A DNA stretch of 63,180 nt, filler included, from Octopus bimaculoides (Eukaryota): NCBI RefSeq assembly GCF_001194135.2. It is 7 parts of 7 records of this genome, joined end to end, with 100 filler letters (N's around TTAATTAATTAA, not from the genome) between each part and the next. Parts side by side here need not be neighbours in the genome. Positions count along the whole stretch, not along the records: positions 62,169 to 63,180 come from NW_026414342.1; 6 more parts are not named here. One strand, given 5' to 3'. The notes under the pieces are model-generated. The model ran no database searches, was not told where the DNA came from, and saw only the letters and a program-made list of their open reading frames with translations. The position numbers and the translations under genes were made by a program. Below, one piece after another: positions 62,069 through 63,180 of this stretch; within the stretch, counting starts at the first letter, position 1; each line of letters opens with the position of its first letter.

Positions 62069-63180
62069 NNNNNNNNNNNNNNNNNNNNNNNNNNNNNNNN
62101 NNNNNNNNNNNNTTAATTAATTAANNNNNNNNNNNNNNNNNNNNNNNNNNNNNNNNNNNNNNNNNNNNAAGAGAAAGATTAAAAGAGAGAGGGTTATTCA
62201 AAGCACGAGGTGTTTAGGAATTTCTATCGTTTGTACACAGTAAATACAGAATGGTAGAAATTCGGCCAGCTAATTCTAAGACAAAGTTAAAGCTTTAAGT
62301 GACTGTGCGAGGAAATACAACTGAAAACATGGAAATAAGCAGAGTGTAAGGTATGAAGATCAAAGGCAAAAATAAGTAGTAAGTGGGAAGCCTGGCTAAA
62401 AGACAAAGGAAGACTTATCTGGTCATTCTTTTATGGTCGTATTAATGCGGCAAAGATTTTAGGAGCAAGTGAAGGAATCGATCGCAGAGACACGTTACAT
62501 ATGTATATATATGTATGTAGATACCTATTCGTATATATATTCATATGTATTTGTCTGTATATGTAAGCATGTACCAACGTTTGCATGTTTAGTGTATATA
62601 TGTAGAGGTTTTTTGGTATGTGTATGTATAACTAAATGTATATGTATTTTTAAGGTGTTCTTTGTAAATGTTTTTATTTTAAATGGACATATCTTTTTAA
62701 TTAATTTAAATTTTACCATTAATTAATTTACCCTGGGTATACAGGTTTTTTCCTTCTACTAAAGCTAATTTTTGATTTAAGGTTTTCTTCGATATGATTT
62801 TAAATTCTAATTTTCATTTCATATAACTGGTTATTGAAAAGGCCATTAGTTGAAAGGACCAATGAAACAAAACCAATTTCAAATGTGTATCTATCAACAT
62901 AATTGTATATTTATACAAATAATCTTATATTTATTTCATTCTCAATCAACTCCGGTATTTGAGTACTATTTTTTCCACCTTGTTTCACATGCATGTGCTT
63001 ACTCTGGTATATATATATATATATATAAATTTATTTATGAGGGTAGAAATTGATATTAATCAATTTGAACCAGTGGTCTAGCATATTTTTTGTGTGTATA
63101 AACTAGAGTATACATATGAGTGTATATATCTTATATTTTATATTTTTATATATATGTATATATGTATGTATATGTGAATC

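Noticed and set aside
4946-63053. Numerous ORF-track entries with poly-HT, YI, CV, SL, RE, I or N runs or long X runs
   Set aside because: These are translations of microsatellites and N gaps, not genes.

Overview
AT-rich, microsatellite-dense and gap-ridden eukaryotic DNA. The SINE set and the N44-TTAATTAATTAA-N44 gap pads point to an octopod genome assembly such as Octopus bimaculoides (inference from recall, not searched). Bases 500-7973 (minus strand) hold the last 11 coding exons of a CCDC93 orthologue (CCC/Commander complex). The splice phases chain correctly wherever both boundaries are visible. The 5' half of the gene was not found beyond the assembly join at 8561-8660. The rest is mostly repeat debris: several tRNA-derived SINE families, RTE-type tails, fragments of Penelope-like (PLE), HERO/NeSL-like RLE, L1/Tx1 and RTE LINEs, plus Tc1, mariner and pogo-like DNA transposons and two MITE-like hairpins. 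The main hidden signal is a set of minimal type I hammerhead ribozyme (HHR) motifs from at least four different sequence families (16975-17020, 25530-25577, 27502-27537, 43812-43872), with degenerate relatives at 2576-2611 and 25139-25187. One lies next to a PLE reverse transcriptase remnant and others sit in short non-coding repeats. Other leads are a pre-miRNA-like hairpin (26660-26758), an orphan exon candidate (26331-26379), a locally triplicated segment (20255-23465) and an anomalous GC-rich island (38345-38575). Repeat boundaries were read by eye and are approximate. Exon and HHR coordinates were counted base by base.
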